From the IMG/VR virus record IMGVR_UViG_3300005099_000288: DNA of 64,000 nt; one strand, written 5' to 3'. Shown here piece by piece: positions 38,012 through 47,706 of the stretch (position 1 is its first letter; every line of letters starts with the position of its first letter). The notes under the pieces are model-generated. The model had not been told where the DNA came from. It ran no database searches and worked only from the letters and a program-made list of their open reading frames with translations. This DNA is from an uncultured virus (IMG/VR IMGVR_UViG_3300005099_000288) (taxonomy: Duplodnaviria > Heunggongvirae > Uroviricota > Caudoviricetes). The translations under genes were made by a program, and so were the position numbers.

Positions 38012-39696
38012 CTCCTCTTTTTATTTTTTTTAGAAGTCTTTGTTTTCTGTGGTTTTTCTGGTATCTTCTGTAGTTTTTCGGTTGGTTTCTCCTGTTCTGC
38101 CCCTAACAATTGTCTCTTAGCAAGTTCCATTTTCAGTTTTTTCTGTTCTTCTTCCAATCGTTTTTTCTCTTCTATCATCTTTTTTAATTCCCCCGTAGAA
38201 ACTCCTGTTTTCAAAGGAGTAAACTCGGGTGTCCGGGGAGACATATATCTAGATGCTGCAGGAGGTTTACCCAGCATGTCAACAAATTTATCCAGAGTTT
38301 TAACCATTCTTCCTAGTAATACGGTAGATATGTCTTTTCCTGATTCTATTTCTTCAGTCATTCCCAGAACTTCCTTAGCGAATTTCCTATACTTCTCGCG
38401 TTCTTCAGCAAATTGTTCCCAAACATCTATAAAACTGCGTGGTTTCTCACGTAATTGTCTTTCGAGATTATCAATTTTGCTTAATAATATTTGGGTCGAC
38501 TGAGATTCTGCAGGCTGTTGACTCTGCTTCGAGAGTAATGCCTCCCTTAGACTCGATAATTCCCTACGCAAGTTTTCTACTTCTGATTTGTACCGACCAA
38601 CTTCCTCATCCTTCTCCTTTAGCATAGTTTGGACCTGCAACTCCTTGATTTTATCATCAAAATTCCTCTGATAATTTGTAATCATAGACTGCAACTGTAA
38701 AAGTTGTTGTTCGAGCTGACGCCTTTTTTCCTCTTCTTCCTTCTCACGTTTCTCTTCTTCTTTTTGTAACAATAAATTCTGCAACTCTTCGATGTTCTGC
38801 TGCAAAACTTGTATCTGCCCCTGATACCTCTTTTCTATAGACCTCTGGATTTCTTCCATTTTTTGCTGTTCCTGTTCTAATTTTTTGTGTTCCTCTAAAC
38901 TAGTGAGTTTTTCTTTGAGGATCTCCAACTCTCTTTTAACTTCTTCTGGAAGTTCTATTCTTTTGTTGTCTGAAACTGCATACGGCGGTATATGTTGGGC
39001 ATAAATAGGCGGTGCCTGTTGTGGTACTTGATCTGTAGGTCCTGGTGTCTGTAAAGACGGAACCGGCGCAGAAAATTGACTTAAATTAGGAGTACTTGAT
39101 TCGAAACGTGGAAAACTACTGGTAGATATCTCAGGGACTGAACTAACTGGAGGCGAAGGCGGTATATAATACTTAGGTTTTCTCGAACTGAGATATTCGA
39201 GCCATTCCCTCTCCGCCTTTTGTACTGCCAACGCATATTGTTCGGAAATAAGTTCAGCCTCTTTTTTATCGACATCTTTCATTTTCACAAGAAGTTCATA
39301 TACATCCATAGGAGAAAGCTCTCCCTTTATTCTGAGCCAGTCCTCAATAACTCTAGCAGCTTTTCGGGGATCTGGAAGATACGGACTATCTCTTATTATT
39401 TCGAGTAAAATTTTCCCTCTGTCCGGTGGCTCTTTCCATATATCTCGTAAGCTTTCTCTCCTCTCATGTTTCTGTTCAGACTCCTTTCCCTCTTGTACAC
39501 TCTCAGAATCTTCACTAGTTTTTTCCTCCACTTTCTTAATTTTTTCCTCGGGTGGGTCAACGTAATACTGAGAAATGTTATCTCTGATTTCCTTGTATTT
39601 GTCCATTTTATCAGGATGGTTCTGAGAAAAATGTAGATAAAAACCCATTGCATTTACTATCTTTCCGCATTCAGGACATTTAACCCACTTAGCCAT
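38008..39696 (-). CDS. large coiled-coil protein with N-terminal C2H2 zinc finger and Pro-rich linker
   Basis: CPECG...HFSQNH; long E/Q/K heptads. Confidence 0.75.
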   Translation of the reverse strand: MAKWVKCPECGKIVNAMGFYLHFSQNHPDKMDKYKEIRDNISQYYVDPPEEKIKKVEEKTSEDSESVQEGKESEQKHERRESLRDIWKEPPDRGKILLEIIRDSPYLPDPRKAARVIEDWLRIKGELSPMDVYELLVKMKDVDKKEAELISEQYALAVQKAEREWLEYLSSRKPKYYIPPSPPVSSVPEISTSSFPRFESSTPNLSQFSAPVPSLQTPGPTDQVPQQAPPIYAQHIPPYAVSDNKRIELPEEVKRELEILKEKLTSLEEHKKLEQEQQKMEEIQRSIEKRYQGQIQVLQQNIEELQNLLLQKEEEKREKEEEEKRRQLEQQLLQLQSMITNYQRNFDDKIKELQVQTMLKEKDEEVGRYKSEVENLRRELSSLREALLSKQSQQPAESQSTQILLSKIDNLERQLREKPRSFIDVWEQFAEEREKYRKFAKEVLGMTEEIESGKDISTVLLGRMVKTLDKFVDMLGKPPAASRYMSPRTPEFTPLKTGVSTGELKKMIEEKKRLEEEQKKLKMELAKRQLLGAEQEKPTEKLQKIPEKPQKTKTSKKNKKRR

Positions 39697-39733
39697 AACA
39701 CAACCTCCATCGGATTCACCACCTTTCTCGATC

Positions 39734-40129
39734 TTAATCTTTATCAGACGGGGTATTTAAATGTTTCTTAGCACCTTCTAAATTCTCAAGTTCTCCTCTA
39801 GGAAAATACGCTTCTAGTGCCTCTTCTAAACTAACAATACGATCGATAGGAGGTAAAAACAAACGGTCCCTCACTCGATTAACTTCTTCTAACGTGAGTG
39901 ATATTCCTGCTTCCTCTAAAATTCTACACATTACTTCAACGAAATCCTCAGAATCCACATAGTCCACGCAATTAAAACATAAAGCATCTTTTCTTGTATT
40001 TGGATCTCTCGTGGGATAAACGTACAAACTTCTTCCCTTTGAAAATCTTCTCTTCTCGAGAGGTCTTATAAAACTCATATAATCCCAAACAGGAAGAAAA
40101 ACTATAAAAATCTTTTTCTCAAATTCCAA
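39734..40129 (-). CDS. hypothetical protein
   Basis: 131-aa ORF divergent from the PriCT gene. Confidence 0.5.
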   Translation of the reverse strand: MEFEKKIFIVFLPVWDYMSFIRPLEKRRFSKGRSLYVYPTRDPNTRKDALCFNCVDYVDSEDFVEVMCRILEEAGISLTLEEVNRVRDRLFLPPIDRIVSLEEALEAYFPRGELENLEGAKKHLNTPSDKD

Positions 40130-40132
40130 ACT

Positions 40133-40633
40133 ATGGAAATATTGGTCGAAGATCTCGAAATCCCAGAAAATTTTTATAGACGATTGTTTTTTCTACAAAA
40201 ATTAAAATCTCTAGGATTTCCTCTCGAAAATGACAACTTCTCTTGTCCCTTCGAATTTAAAAAATCCAAAAAAATATACCCACTACCAGCAACTGCTCCA
40301 TGTATAGTAAAAATCCTTGAATCCAGTTTCGAAAAAGGAATGAGAAACGAATGCACTTTTGCACTTGCACGATTCCTCAGAAAGTATGGTTTCCCTATAG
40401 ATGACGCAGCAAGAATCATAGGATTATGGAATGCACATAACATACCGCCGCTACCTGTGAAAGAAGTTGTCAATACAATAATGAGTGCATACCAAAAAGA
40501 GTACAGCATCTCGTGTGATGATTACATACTCAGAAAATTCTGCAATCCCAAAGTATGCAACAAATCCTCTCATGAGAAATTCAAACCCTTGTTAAAATAT
40601 CTTCTACAAAAACTTGTAATTTCTACTTTATGA
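40133..40633 (+). CDS. stand-alone primase C-terminal (PriCT-1/PriX-like) domain protein
   Basis: GMRNECTFALARFL...WNAHNIPPLPVKEVVNTIMSAY; flanking Cys residues. Confidence 0.7.
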   Translation: MEILVEDLEIPENFYRRLFFLQKLKSLGFPLENDNFSCPFEFKKSKKIYPLPATAPCIVKILESSFEKGMRNECTFALARFLRKYGFPIDDAARIIGLWNAHNIPPLPVKEVVNTIMSAYQKEYSISCDDYILRKFCNPKVCNKSSHEKFKPLLKYLLQKLVISTL

Positions 40634-40641
40634 AAAAATCA

Positions 40642-40903
40642 TTAGGCCCTACTAGGTTTTCGGAGGAAACCCAAACTAAGCTCAAACTGAACTTATTTTT
40701 AGGAATAAAGCTTAATATGAGCTTAGTTGAAATAAGTTCAAATTGAGCTCTATTCAAAAAAATAAGAGTAAATCTAGCTTAGTTTTTGCAAGTATTTCTG
40801 TAAAATCCCATTCAAACTATATTTTTTCTTCCGTAGATCTATATCTACAGAGGAAAAACCTTAATCGAAAAGGGGGTTTGATATTTTTAAATTAGAAAGT
40901 GAT
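40642..40903 (+). repeat. dispersed composite palindromic element, copy C
   Basis: TAGGCC, four AGCT boxes, core TTTCTTCCGTAGATCTATATCTACAGAGGAAA, AAAGGGGGTTTGATA; lies between convergent genes. Confidence 0.85.
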
Positions 40904-40904
40904 A

Positions 40905-41597
40905 TTAGCGTATAATACACTCGCCAACATATCTTTCTATTTTTCCTTTTATGATTTCCAATTCTTCATCAGAAAAGTATTCTACGTTTTTGAAAAATGA
41001 TTTATCCAAAACCTTTGTCATAACAAACTTTTGCAGAACATATTTCTCTGCTCCTCTTATTAGTTTGGCTATACTGATTATATCGTCTTTTGTTAGAAGA
41101 TTTTTTACAACTGTTGTTCTGAATTCATAGTCCAACCCACTATTCATTATCGTTGTGATACTTTCTCTTATTTTTTCCACACAAACTTGCGTCCGTACTA
41201 CATAAGGATATTTCTCGAGAGGCGCCTTAACATCCATCGCTATGTAGTCAACCAAATTTTCGGACAATAATTCCCTTAATTTTTCGGGATAACTTCCGTT
41301 TGTGTCAAGCTTTATAGAATAACCAATCTCTTTTATCCTTTCCACAAATTCTGCTAAATTCGGCTGAAGCAAGGGTTCTCCTCCAGTAATAACAACGCCG
41401 TCTAATTTTCCGATTCTTCTTTTCAAAAAAGAAAGTACAAAATCTATATCTAGCCCAGACGTAAATAATTCAGGATCTACCAATTCTGGGTTGTGACAAT
41501 AAGGGCATCTGAAATTACACCCCTGAGTAAAAACTATTGCACTAATTTTACCAGGATAGTCTATCAGCGAGAATTTTTGGAACCCCCCAATTTTCAC
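40905..41597 (-). CDS. nrdG: anaerobic ribonucleotide reductase activating enzyme
   Basis: GCNFRCPYCHNPEL, TGGEP, KLDTNGS; adjacent to nrdD. Confidence 0.92.
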   Translation of the reverse strand: MKIGGFQKFSLIDYPGKISAIVFTQGCNFRCPYCHNPELVDPELFTSGLDIDFVLSFLKRRIGKLDGVVITGGEPLLQPNLAEFVERIKEIGYSIKLDTNGSYPEKLRELLSENLVDYIAMDVKAPLEKYPYVVRTQVCVEKIRESITTIMNSGLDYEFRTTVVKNLLTKDDIISIAKLIRGAEKYVLQKFVMTKVLDKSFFKNVEYFSDEELEIIKGKIERYVGECIIR

Positions 41598-41598
41598 A

Positions 41599-43698
41599 CT
41601 ACGTCACCTTAAAAGTCTTTCTCATTCTGAATTCTGATTTCTTTCCCTCATTCCAATAACTAACAGGCCTGAGATATCCAACAGATCTCGAATACAACTC
41701 ACATTTAGCATTACATTTCGGACAAGTAAAATGTTCTCCAGAAAGATATCCATGATTCGGACATACACTAAATGTCGGCGTAATAGTGAAGTATGGTAAT
41801 CTGTAGTTATAACAAACTTTCCTGACAAGATTTTTTACAATACTACCATGAGTAATTCTCTCTCCAACAAAAATATGGAAAACGGTTCCTCCTGTATACT
41901 TTGTCTGTAATTCATCTTGCAGATCAAGAGCCTCGAATACATCGTCTGTATAATTAACTGGAAGTTGAGAAGAATTTGTATAAAAAGGCTCTGCGCCATT
42001 TTTAAAAGCCTGTTCATTTGCACATATTATGTCGGGATATTTTTTCTTATCTATCATTGCAAGACGATAAGATGTCCCTTCAGCAGGAGTTGCTTCTAGA
42101 TTATAGTTATTTCCGGTTTCCTCTTGGAATTCAATAAGTTTATTTCTCATAAATTCTAAAACTTTCAATCCGAAATTTCTACCATCTTTATCACCTATAG
42201 TTACACCCAAAAGATTTAAACACGCCTCATTCAATCCTACGAGACCAATTGTAGAAAAGTGATTTTTCCAATATGCGCCAAATCTTTTTTTGACATTTCT
42301 CAAATAGTATTTAGTGTAAGGATACAAACCTCGTTCTGTAAATTTCTCCAGAACTCTTCTCTTTATTTCTAAACTATTTTTTGCTAATTGCATGAGTTTT
42401 TCTAATCTTTCGAAAAAATCATCTTCGTCTCTTGATAGATAACCTAATCTCGGCATATTAATAGTTACGACACCAATACTACCAGTAAGGGGATTTGCCC
42501 CAAACAATCCGCCTCCTCTTTTTTCTAATTTCCTTGTGTCTAATCTAAGTCTACAACACATACTCCTTGTATCTTCTGGCCTCATATCTGAATTAATGAA
42601 ATTAGAAAAGTACGGAACACCGTATTTTGCAGTTACTTCCCACAAAAGTTCAAGAAACTCAGCGTCCCATGGAAAATCTGGAGTTATATTATATGTAGGA
42701 ATCGGGAATGTAAAGACCCTACCCTTAGCATCGCCTTCTAGCATTAGTTCCAAGAAAGCTTTATTGAAAATCTCCATTTCTTCTTCAAAATCCCCATATG
42801 TTTCACTTCGTGGTTCTCCTCCTAGAATAACTGCTTGATTCTCAAGATACTCAGGGGTTTTTAAATCCAGAGTTATATTTGTAAAAGGAGTCTGAAATCC
42901 CACTCTTGTAGGTACATTTACGTTAAACAGAAATTCTTGTAAATCTTGCTTAACTTTTTTATATGACAAATTGTCATATCTAATAAACGGTGCAAGAAAA
43001 GTATCAAAATTAGAAAATGCCTGTGCCCCAGCTGCTTCGCCTTGGAGGGTGTAGAAAAAATTAACAACTTGTCCCAAAGCACTACTAAAGTGTTTTGCGG
43101 GTTTACTTTCTATTTTTCCAGAAGCTCCTTTGAAACCCTCCAATAATAGGTCAAGCAAATCCCATCCAACACAATAAACTGACAATACTCCTAAATCATG
43201 AATATGAAAATCACCCTCTATATATGCATTTCGTATCTCTTTTGGATATATTTTGTTGAGCCAGTATATCCTACTTATTTTAGAGGAAACATAATTATTG
43301 AGTCCTTGTAAAGAAAAAGACATGTTACTATTTTCTGTAATTTCCCAATCAGTTTTATTAAGATACTGATCAACAAGATCCGTATTGAATTTAGATGCAA
43401 TCTTTCTAATCTGTGCATGTTGCTCTCTGTAAATAATATATGCTTTGGCGGTTTTTCGGTATGGAGATGCCATTAACACTTCTTCTACAATATCTTGGAT
43501 TTCCTCAACAGAAGGTATCTTATTTTTAATTACCTGTTGTGCAATAGCCAATACTCTAACCGTAAGTTTTTCTGCTACATCTCTACCAAATTCGCCTGTT
43601 GATGCTCCTGCTTTAGAAATCGCATTTGTAATTCGTTCAGGATTAAATTTTACAATTCGTCCGTCTCTCTTTTTTATTTTTTCGAACACTGAATTCAC
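41599..43698 (-). CDS. nrdD: class III ribonucleoside-triphosphate reductase with ATP cone
   Basis: IKKRDGR ATP cone, SMCCRL, EATPAEG, CPNHG...CPKC, YSRSVGYLRP glycyl-radical motif. Confidence 0.95.
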   Translation of the reverse strand: MNSVFEKIKKRDGRIVKFNPERITNAISKAGASTGEFGRDVAEKLTVRVLAIAQQVIKNKIPSVEEIQDIVEEVLMASPYRKTAKAYIIYREQHAQIRKIASKFNTDLVDQYLNKTDWEITENSNMSFSLQGLNNYVSSKISRIYWLNKIYPKEIRNAYIEGDFHIHDLGVLSVYCVGWDLLDLLLEGFKGASGKIESKPAKHFSSALGQVVNFFYTLQGEAAGAQAFSNFDTFLAPFIRYDNLSYKKVKQDLQEFLFNVNVPTRVGFQTPFTNITLDLKTPEYLENQAVILGGEPRSETYGDFEEEMEIFNKAFLELMLEGDAKGRVFTFPIPTYNITPDFPWDAEFLELLWEVTAKYGVPYFSNFINSDMRPEDTRSMCCRLRLDTRKLEKRGGGLFGANPLTGSIGVVTINMPRLGYLSRDEDDFFERLEKLMQLAKNSLEIKRRVLEKFTERGLYPYTKYYLRNVKKRFGAYWKNHFSTIGLVGLNEACLNLLGVTIGDKDGRNFGLKVLEFMRNKLIEFQEETGNNYNLEATPAEGTSYRLAMIDKKKYPDIICANEQAFKNGAEPFYTNSSQLPVNYTDDVFEALDLQDELQTKYTGGTVFHIFVGERITHGSIVKNLVRKVCYNYRLPYFTITPTFSVCPNHGYLSGEHFTCPKCNAKCELYSRSVGYLRPVSYWNEGKKSEFRMRKTFKVT

Positions 43699-43795
43699 CT
43701 CCTCAAAATTTTCTATTAAAAATCTGGACTCCCCTTATTAAAATTTATTCCCGCCCAGAGATGATCGTGTTTAAAAAAAGATACGAGGAAATTGT

Positions 43796-44247
43796 AGGTA
43801 TACTTACTCGATGTACTTATCTGAAAGTAAGGGTGTTGAGTAAGATAGATAGAGTAAGATAGATACTAAGAGGGATATTGTAAGATAAGTCTTACTCGAA
43901 GTACTTATCTGATTATCTAGTAGTTGGATTTAACCATAGATAGTATAGATAGTTAACCATACTACTACTTACTCTTACTACTAATAACTCTTACTAATAG
44001 TAGAGGTCAACCATAGATATCATAGATATCATATCATAGATATCATAGTTTAGTTATCTTATCTTAGTTATCTTATCATAGTTAGTACATCAAGGAGTCT
44101 ACCTCTAATAAGTACATCGAGTAAGATATTATCTCAGATAAGTACTTCGAGTAAGTTATTATCGAGTAAGTACTTCGAGTAAGATATCTTTCTAATAAGT
44201 ACTTCAGATAAGATATTATCAGATAAGTACTTCAGATAAGTATACCT
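43796..44247. other. putative replication origin (iterons within 29-bp terminal inverted repeats)
   Basis: Repeated (T)AAGTAC(A/T)TC(GAG/AGA)TAAG units in opposite orientation on each side; TAG/ATC-rich core; genes diverge here. Confidence 0.7.
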
Positions 44248-44339
44248 CAAAAATTTTCTAAACATTTCTGTAATACCTGGAGGAGGTGAAAAAAACTTTA
44301 TATACCTTAAGTTTTCTGATTTTTTGATAAGGTGGTTCG

Positions 44340-44726
44340 ATGGATAAAATCATATTACCGCATTCGTTTTTGAAGAAACTTGACGAATTAAGTGGAGATT
44401 TGAGGAATCTTTCACAGAGGGTTATTCCGGAGAATTTCAGTGAATCGAATATTGGTGAGTTTATGTGGAGACTACTGATTGTCACAGAACAGGTTGGTAT
44501 GTTACATAAGTTAAGTACTAAAAAATTAGTTACAAAAGACGAGAAATTGAAAAAAACCTATAAAGCAGATATGGAAGCTGAAGCAGCAGATTTACTTGTC
44601 CAGGTGCTCATCTTAAATCATATACTTTCTTTGGATGTAAGTTCTCAAATAAAAAAAGGTATTGCGAGGTTTTTAGAAAAAATAAAGGAGGTAGAAAAGT
44701 GGGAGATAAACAAAAGGAATTATTAG
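44340..44726 (+). CDS. degenerate MazG-like all-alpha protein
   Basis: TEQVGML...EAEAADLL. Confidence 0.5.
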   Translation: MDKIILPHSFLKKLDELSGDLRNLSQRVIPENFSESNIGEFMWRLLIVTEQVGMLHKLSTKKLVTKDEKLKKTYKADMEAEAADLLVQVLILNHILSLDVSSQIKKGIARFLEKIKEVEKWEINKRNY

Positions 44727-45367
44727 AAAAAATTCGAGAACAACTGGAGAAAAGAAAGGGAATGGGATCTATGTGGATGCCTAGGGTCGAAGGAGAAAAA
44801 ATTTGGGGTAAAGTCCTAAAAGAAGGAGAGAGAAAAATATACGATAGATCAATGAAGAGATGGTTACTTCAGACATTCGATGGACTGAAAGTGTGGACTC
44901 CTGTGCACACAAGATTGATACAATTGTTCGAAGATTACGAAGTCAAACCTGGAGACTATGTTATGATTGAATTCAAAGGTAAAGTTAATATAGAAGGGTA
45001 CAATAGACCTATGTATGATTACGACCTTTCTAGGATCAGCGCTGAAGAAGTCAAAAAACTGAGATCTGAAATAGAGAGTGAAAAAACTGAGGAGGAACAT
45101 GAAGAAACTGGTAAATTCGAAGATGAGATTGCTGAAATGTATGAAGGTTCTAGCAAAAAAGAAGAAAAAACAGAGATTTCTGCTGAGACCCTCGAAAAGG
45201 CAAAGAAAAAAACTATAGAAATTTTAGAGACGTTGGGAAAAATCCCCGTTACAGAATATGATCGAATTCTGAACGAAGTGATGGGCCTGAATATACCCGT
45301 GGATACGGCTATTAAACTACTGAACTTGGAGGTCAAAGATGAGTACGTTGTCAGAATCAGAGAGTGA
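44699..45367 (+). CDS. putative single-stranded DNA-binding (OB-fold) protein
   Basis: WMP--EGEKIWGKV...VKPGDYVMIEFKG with an acidic linker; located beside recombination genes. Confidence 0.5.
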   Translation: MGDKQKELLEKIREQLEKRKGMGSMWMPRVEGEKIWGKVLKEGERKIYDRSMKRWLLQTFDGLKVWTPVHTRLIQLFEDYEVKPGDYVMIEFKGKVNIEGYNRPMYDYDLSRISAEEVKKLRSEIESEKTEEEHEETGKFEDEIAEMYEGSSKKEEKTEISAETLEKAKKKTIEILETLGKIPVTEYDRILNEVMGLNIPVDTAIKLLNLEVKDEYVVRIRE

Positions 45368-46268
45368 AATCTATGAAAGATTGTACAGGGCAATTGCGAG
45401 GCAGGAGAGTAGACCTGGTATTCATGTGACTGATCTGGTATATGATTGTCTAAGAAGGGGGTATTACCGTATAAAGTACGGTCATGGTTTTTTCAATTTG
45501 AAGACTTTACTGAGGTTTTTTATAGGCAGAGCAGTCCATGATTATCCTATATTGTCAGGACACGAAGTTGAATTAGAACTAGATGGAGTAAAGGGGTCTG
45601 CAGATGATTTTGATCCAGAAAAGGGGATTCTTTTCGAGAAAAAACATACTGCGAACACAAGACTTCCCCTAACTCCATATCCATGGCATGTCAGGCAAGT
45701 AGAATTTTATTACATGATGTTAAAGAAAGCAGGGTATGATGTTAAAAAATGTTATGTCGTCTACATTGATGTCGTAACTCCACGAATTAAACCAATAAGG
45801 GTTAACCCTAGGAGTGTTGAAGAAATCTACGAAGAGTTCTCGACAAGACGAACATTGCTTGAGTATTATCTTAAGGAAAACCGTCCGCCTCCCAGAGTAG
45901 TGAGCAATTTATGCGAGTTGTGTACTTTTGCGATTCCTTGCTTTAATCCGTCACTGCAGGAGATCCTAGACAGTCTTAAAATAGATTTGGGAAAGAGACC
46001 AGAAAAAGCAAAACATATTACTGTGAAAGATCTCGTCGTTAAGGATGATATATCTGCAATTGCTGTGTCGGAAACGGAAGATAAAGAGTACGCGGTTTAC
46101 ATTTCGAAAGATGATTTTACTTGTTCTTGTCTAGATCAGAAAATGAGAAAAGTCCCATGTAAACATGTGATTGCAGTGTTAATGGAAGTAGTTTCAAGGG
46201 GTATAATGACTTACGAAGAAGTTGGCGAATACTTAAGGAGATGGAAAAATGCTTACAAAAACTTATAG
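45339..46268 (+). CDS. Cas4-like PD-(D/E)xK exonuclease fused to a C-terminal SWIM zinc finger
   Basis: VTDL--C-RR, G-AD, EKK, QVEFY, CELCTFAIPC; SWIM CSC...CKH. Confidence 0.8.
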   Translation: MSTLSESESEIYERLYRAIARQESRPGIHVTDLVYDCLRRGYYRIKYGHGFFNLKTLLRFFIGRAVHDYPILSGHEVELELDGVKGSADDFDPEKGILFEKKHTANTRLPLTPYPWHVRQVEFYYMMLKKAGYDVKKCYVVYIDVVTPRIKPIRVNPRSVEEIYEEFSTRRTLLEYYLKENRPPPRVVSNLCELCTFAIPCFNPSLQEILDSLKIDLGKRPEKAKHITVKDLVVKDDISAIAVSETEDKEYAVYISKDDFTCSCLDQKMRKVPCKHVIAVLMEVVSRGIMTYEEVGEYLRRWKNAYKNL

Positions 46269-46418
46269 ATTCAAAACAAAAGATATTATTAATGCAATTC
46301 TAGGACTACGAAAAAAGGAACTGGCAGTGTTTCTAATTAAATACGGACTCACGAATGAAGATTTCTATATGGTGAGAGAAAAATTAAAAACTGGAAATTT
46401 TAAAATAATAATCAGGAG

Positions 46419-47165
46419 GTGAAATCGGTGATTTATTCAACAGGTTCTGAGAGATTAGATAAATTATTTGGAGGGTATGAAACTGGAATATTGACTGAAT
46501 TTTTCGGGGGGACTGGAACTGGCAAAACTACTTTAGCAGGTTATGTGCCGATAAAGCAAATATATCTTAAGCACAAGCCTCTTGCAGAAAAACAGAAATT
46601 CATATTTATTGATGGGGACGGAGGATTCGACCTAGAACGAGCTAAGCAAATTTGGGGAGAACATTTCAAAGATATCTACGAACACCTACTTTACTATCAA
46701 CCGACAAAATTCGAAGAACAACACGAATTAATAACTAAAAAATTGCAAGGTTTCATCAAAGAAAGATCTATAAAACCTCTATTTATCGCAGCAGATTCAA
46801 TGACTGCTATTTACAGAGGACAAGTTGCTAGAACAGCGAACAGATACAAAGCTGCTACTATTGGTACCTTGACAGGAAAACTAGACTTACAATTGGTTAG
46901 ACTTCGACAACTTGCAGTTGAATATAATTGTCCTTGTGTCGTTACAACTTGGACTTCTAGTCCAGTAGGTAAAAGTTTAGGGGCAACAGCAGAGCTACCC
47001 ATGATAGGAGGTAGGGCCTTCGGTTTTTTAGCAAAGTGTGTTGTTAGACTAGATATAGCGGAAACCGAAGAGGGTTTCAAAAGATTTGCAGTTCTTCTGA
47101 AACATAGATCTCGCCCGTTAGGTCTTTCTACAGAATTTGAAATTGTTCAGGAGGGGGTGAAATAA
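46419..47165 (+). CDS. RadA/RadB-like recombinase ATPase
   Basis: STGSERLDKLFGG, GGTGTGKT, ADSMTAIYR, KHRS. Confidence 0.85.
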   Translation: MKSVIYSTGSERLDKLFGGYETGILTEFFGGTGTGKTTLAGYVPIKQIYLKHKPLAEKQKFIFIDGDGGFDLERAKQIWGEHFKDIYEHLLYYQPTKFEEQHELITKKLQGFIKERSIKPLFIAADSMTAIYRGQVARTANRYKAATIGTLTGKLDLQLVRLRQLAVEYNCPCVVTTWTSSPVGKSLGATAELPMIGGRAFGFLAKCVVRLDIAETEEGFKRFAVLLKHRSRPLGLSTEFEIVQEGVK

Positions 47166-47564
47166 GTGGTTAATATTTTAGATGTTGATATAGAAGATCT
47201 TAAAAAGAAATTTGAAGGATCAGACAAATTGGAAGTAATGTTTAGATTACAGAAGGAACTCGCTAAAAAATACGGAGCTAAAATTCCGGTTGATCTAAAT
47301 ACTAAGGAAGGACAAGAGGCAATAAGATTTTTAGCATGGTGTGTAGTAGAAGAACTCGCAGAAGCGGTGAATGTTCTGAAAAATCGAAGATGGACAAAAA
47401 CTGAACTCCCTGTAGATACAGATCATTTCTATGAAGAACTTTCGGACACTTTGTTATTTTTCATTGAACTACTACTAGTGGCAGGATTTACTCCTCAGAA
47501 AACAATAGATTTATTTATGAGAAAGTGGAAAGTTAATATGTTCAGGGTAGAATCGAGGTACTAG
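47166..47564 (+). CDS. dimeric all-alpha dUTPase/dCTPase (MazG superfamily)
   Basis: Q--L, EELAEA, K-R-W, EELSD and K--VN--R motifs. Confidence 0.8.
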   Translation: MVNILDVDIEDLKKKFEGSDKLEVMFRLQKELAKKYGAKIPVDLNTKEGQEAIRFLAWCVVEELAEAVNVLKNRRWTKTELPVDTDHFYEELSDTLLFFIELLLVAGFTPQKTIDLFMRKWKVNMFRVESRY

Positions 47565-47565
47565 A

Positions 47566-47706
47566 ATGCTGTGTATAAAATGTAAAAATTTTTCTCCCAA
47601 CCCTCTGAGAAAGGACTTTCTTGAGAAGGGCAGAGGGATGTGTAAGGTGGACGGATCTCCGGTTTATATAAAAGTTTATAGGTGTCCTCACTATGATCCC
47701 TTGTAG
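47566..47706 (+). CDS. 46-aa Cys4 protein (not in ORF track)
   Basis: MLCIKCKNF...GMCKV...CPHY. Confidence 0.5.
   Translation: MLCIKCKNFSPNPLRKDFLEKGRGMCKVDGSPVYIKVYRCPHYDPL

Noticed and set aside
43796..44247. CRISPR array or mini-array
   Set aside because: The repeats are short, irregularly spaced, partly inverted and lack unique 30-40 nt spacers.
45339..46268. CRISPR-Cas locus based on the Cas4-like gene
   Set aside because: No cas1, cas2, effector genes or array; solo Cas4-like nucleases are common in archaeal viruses.
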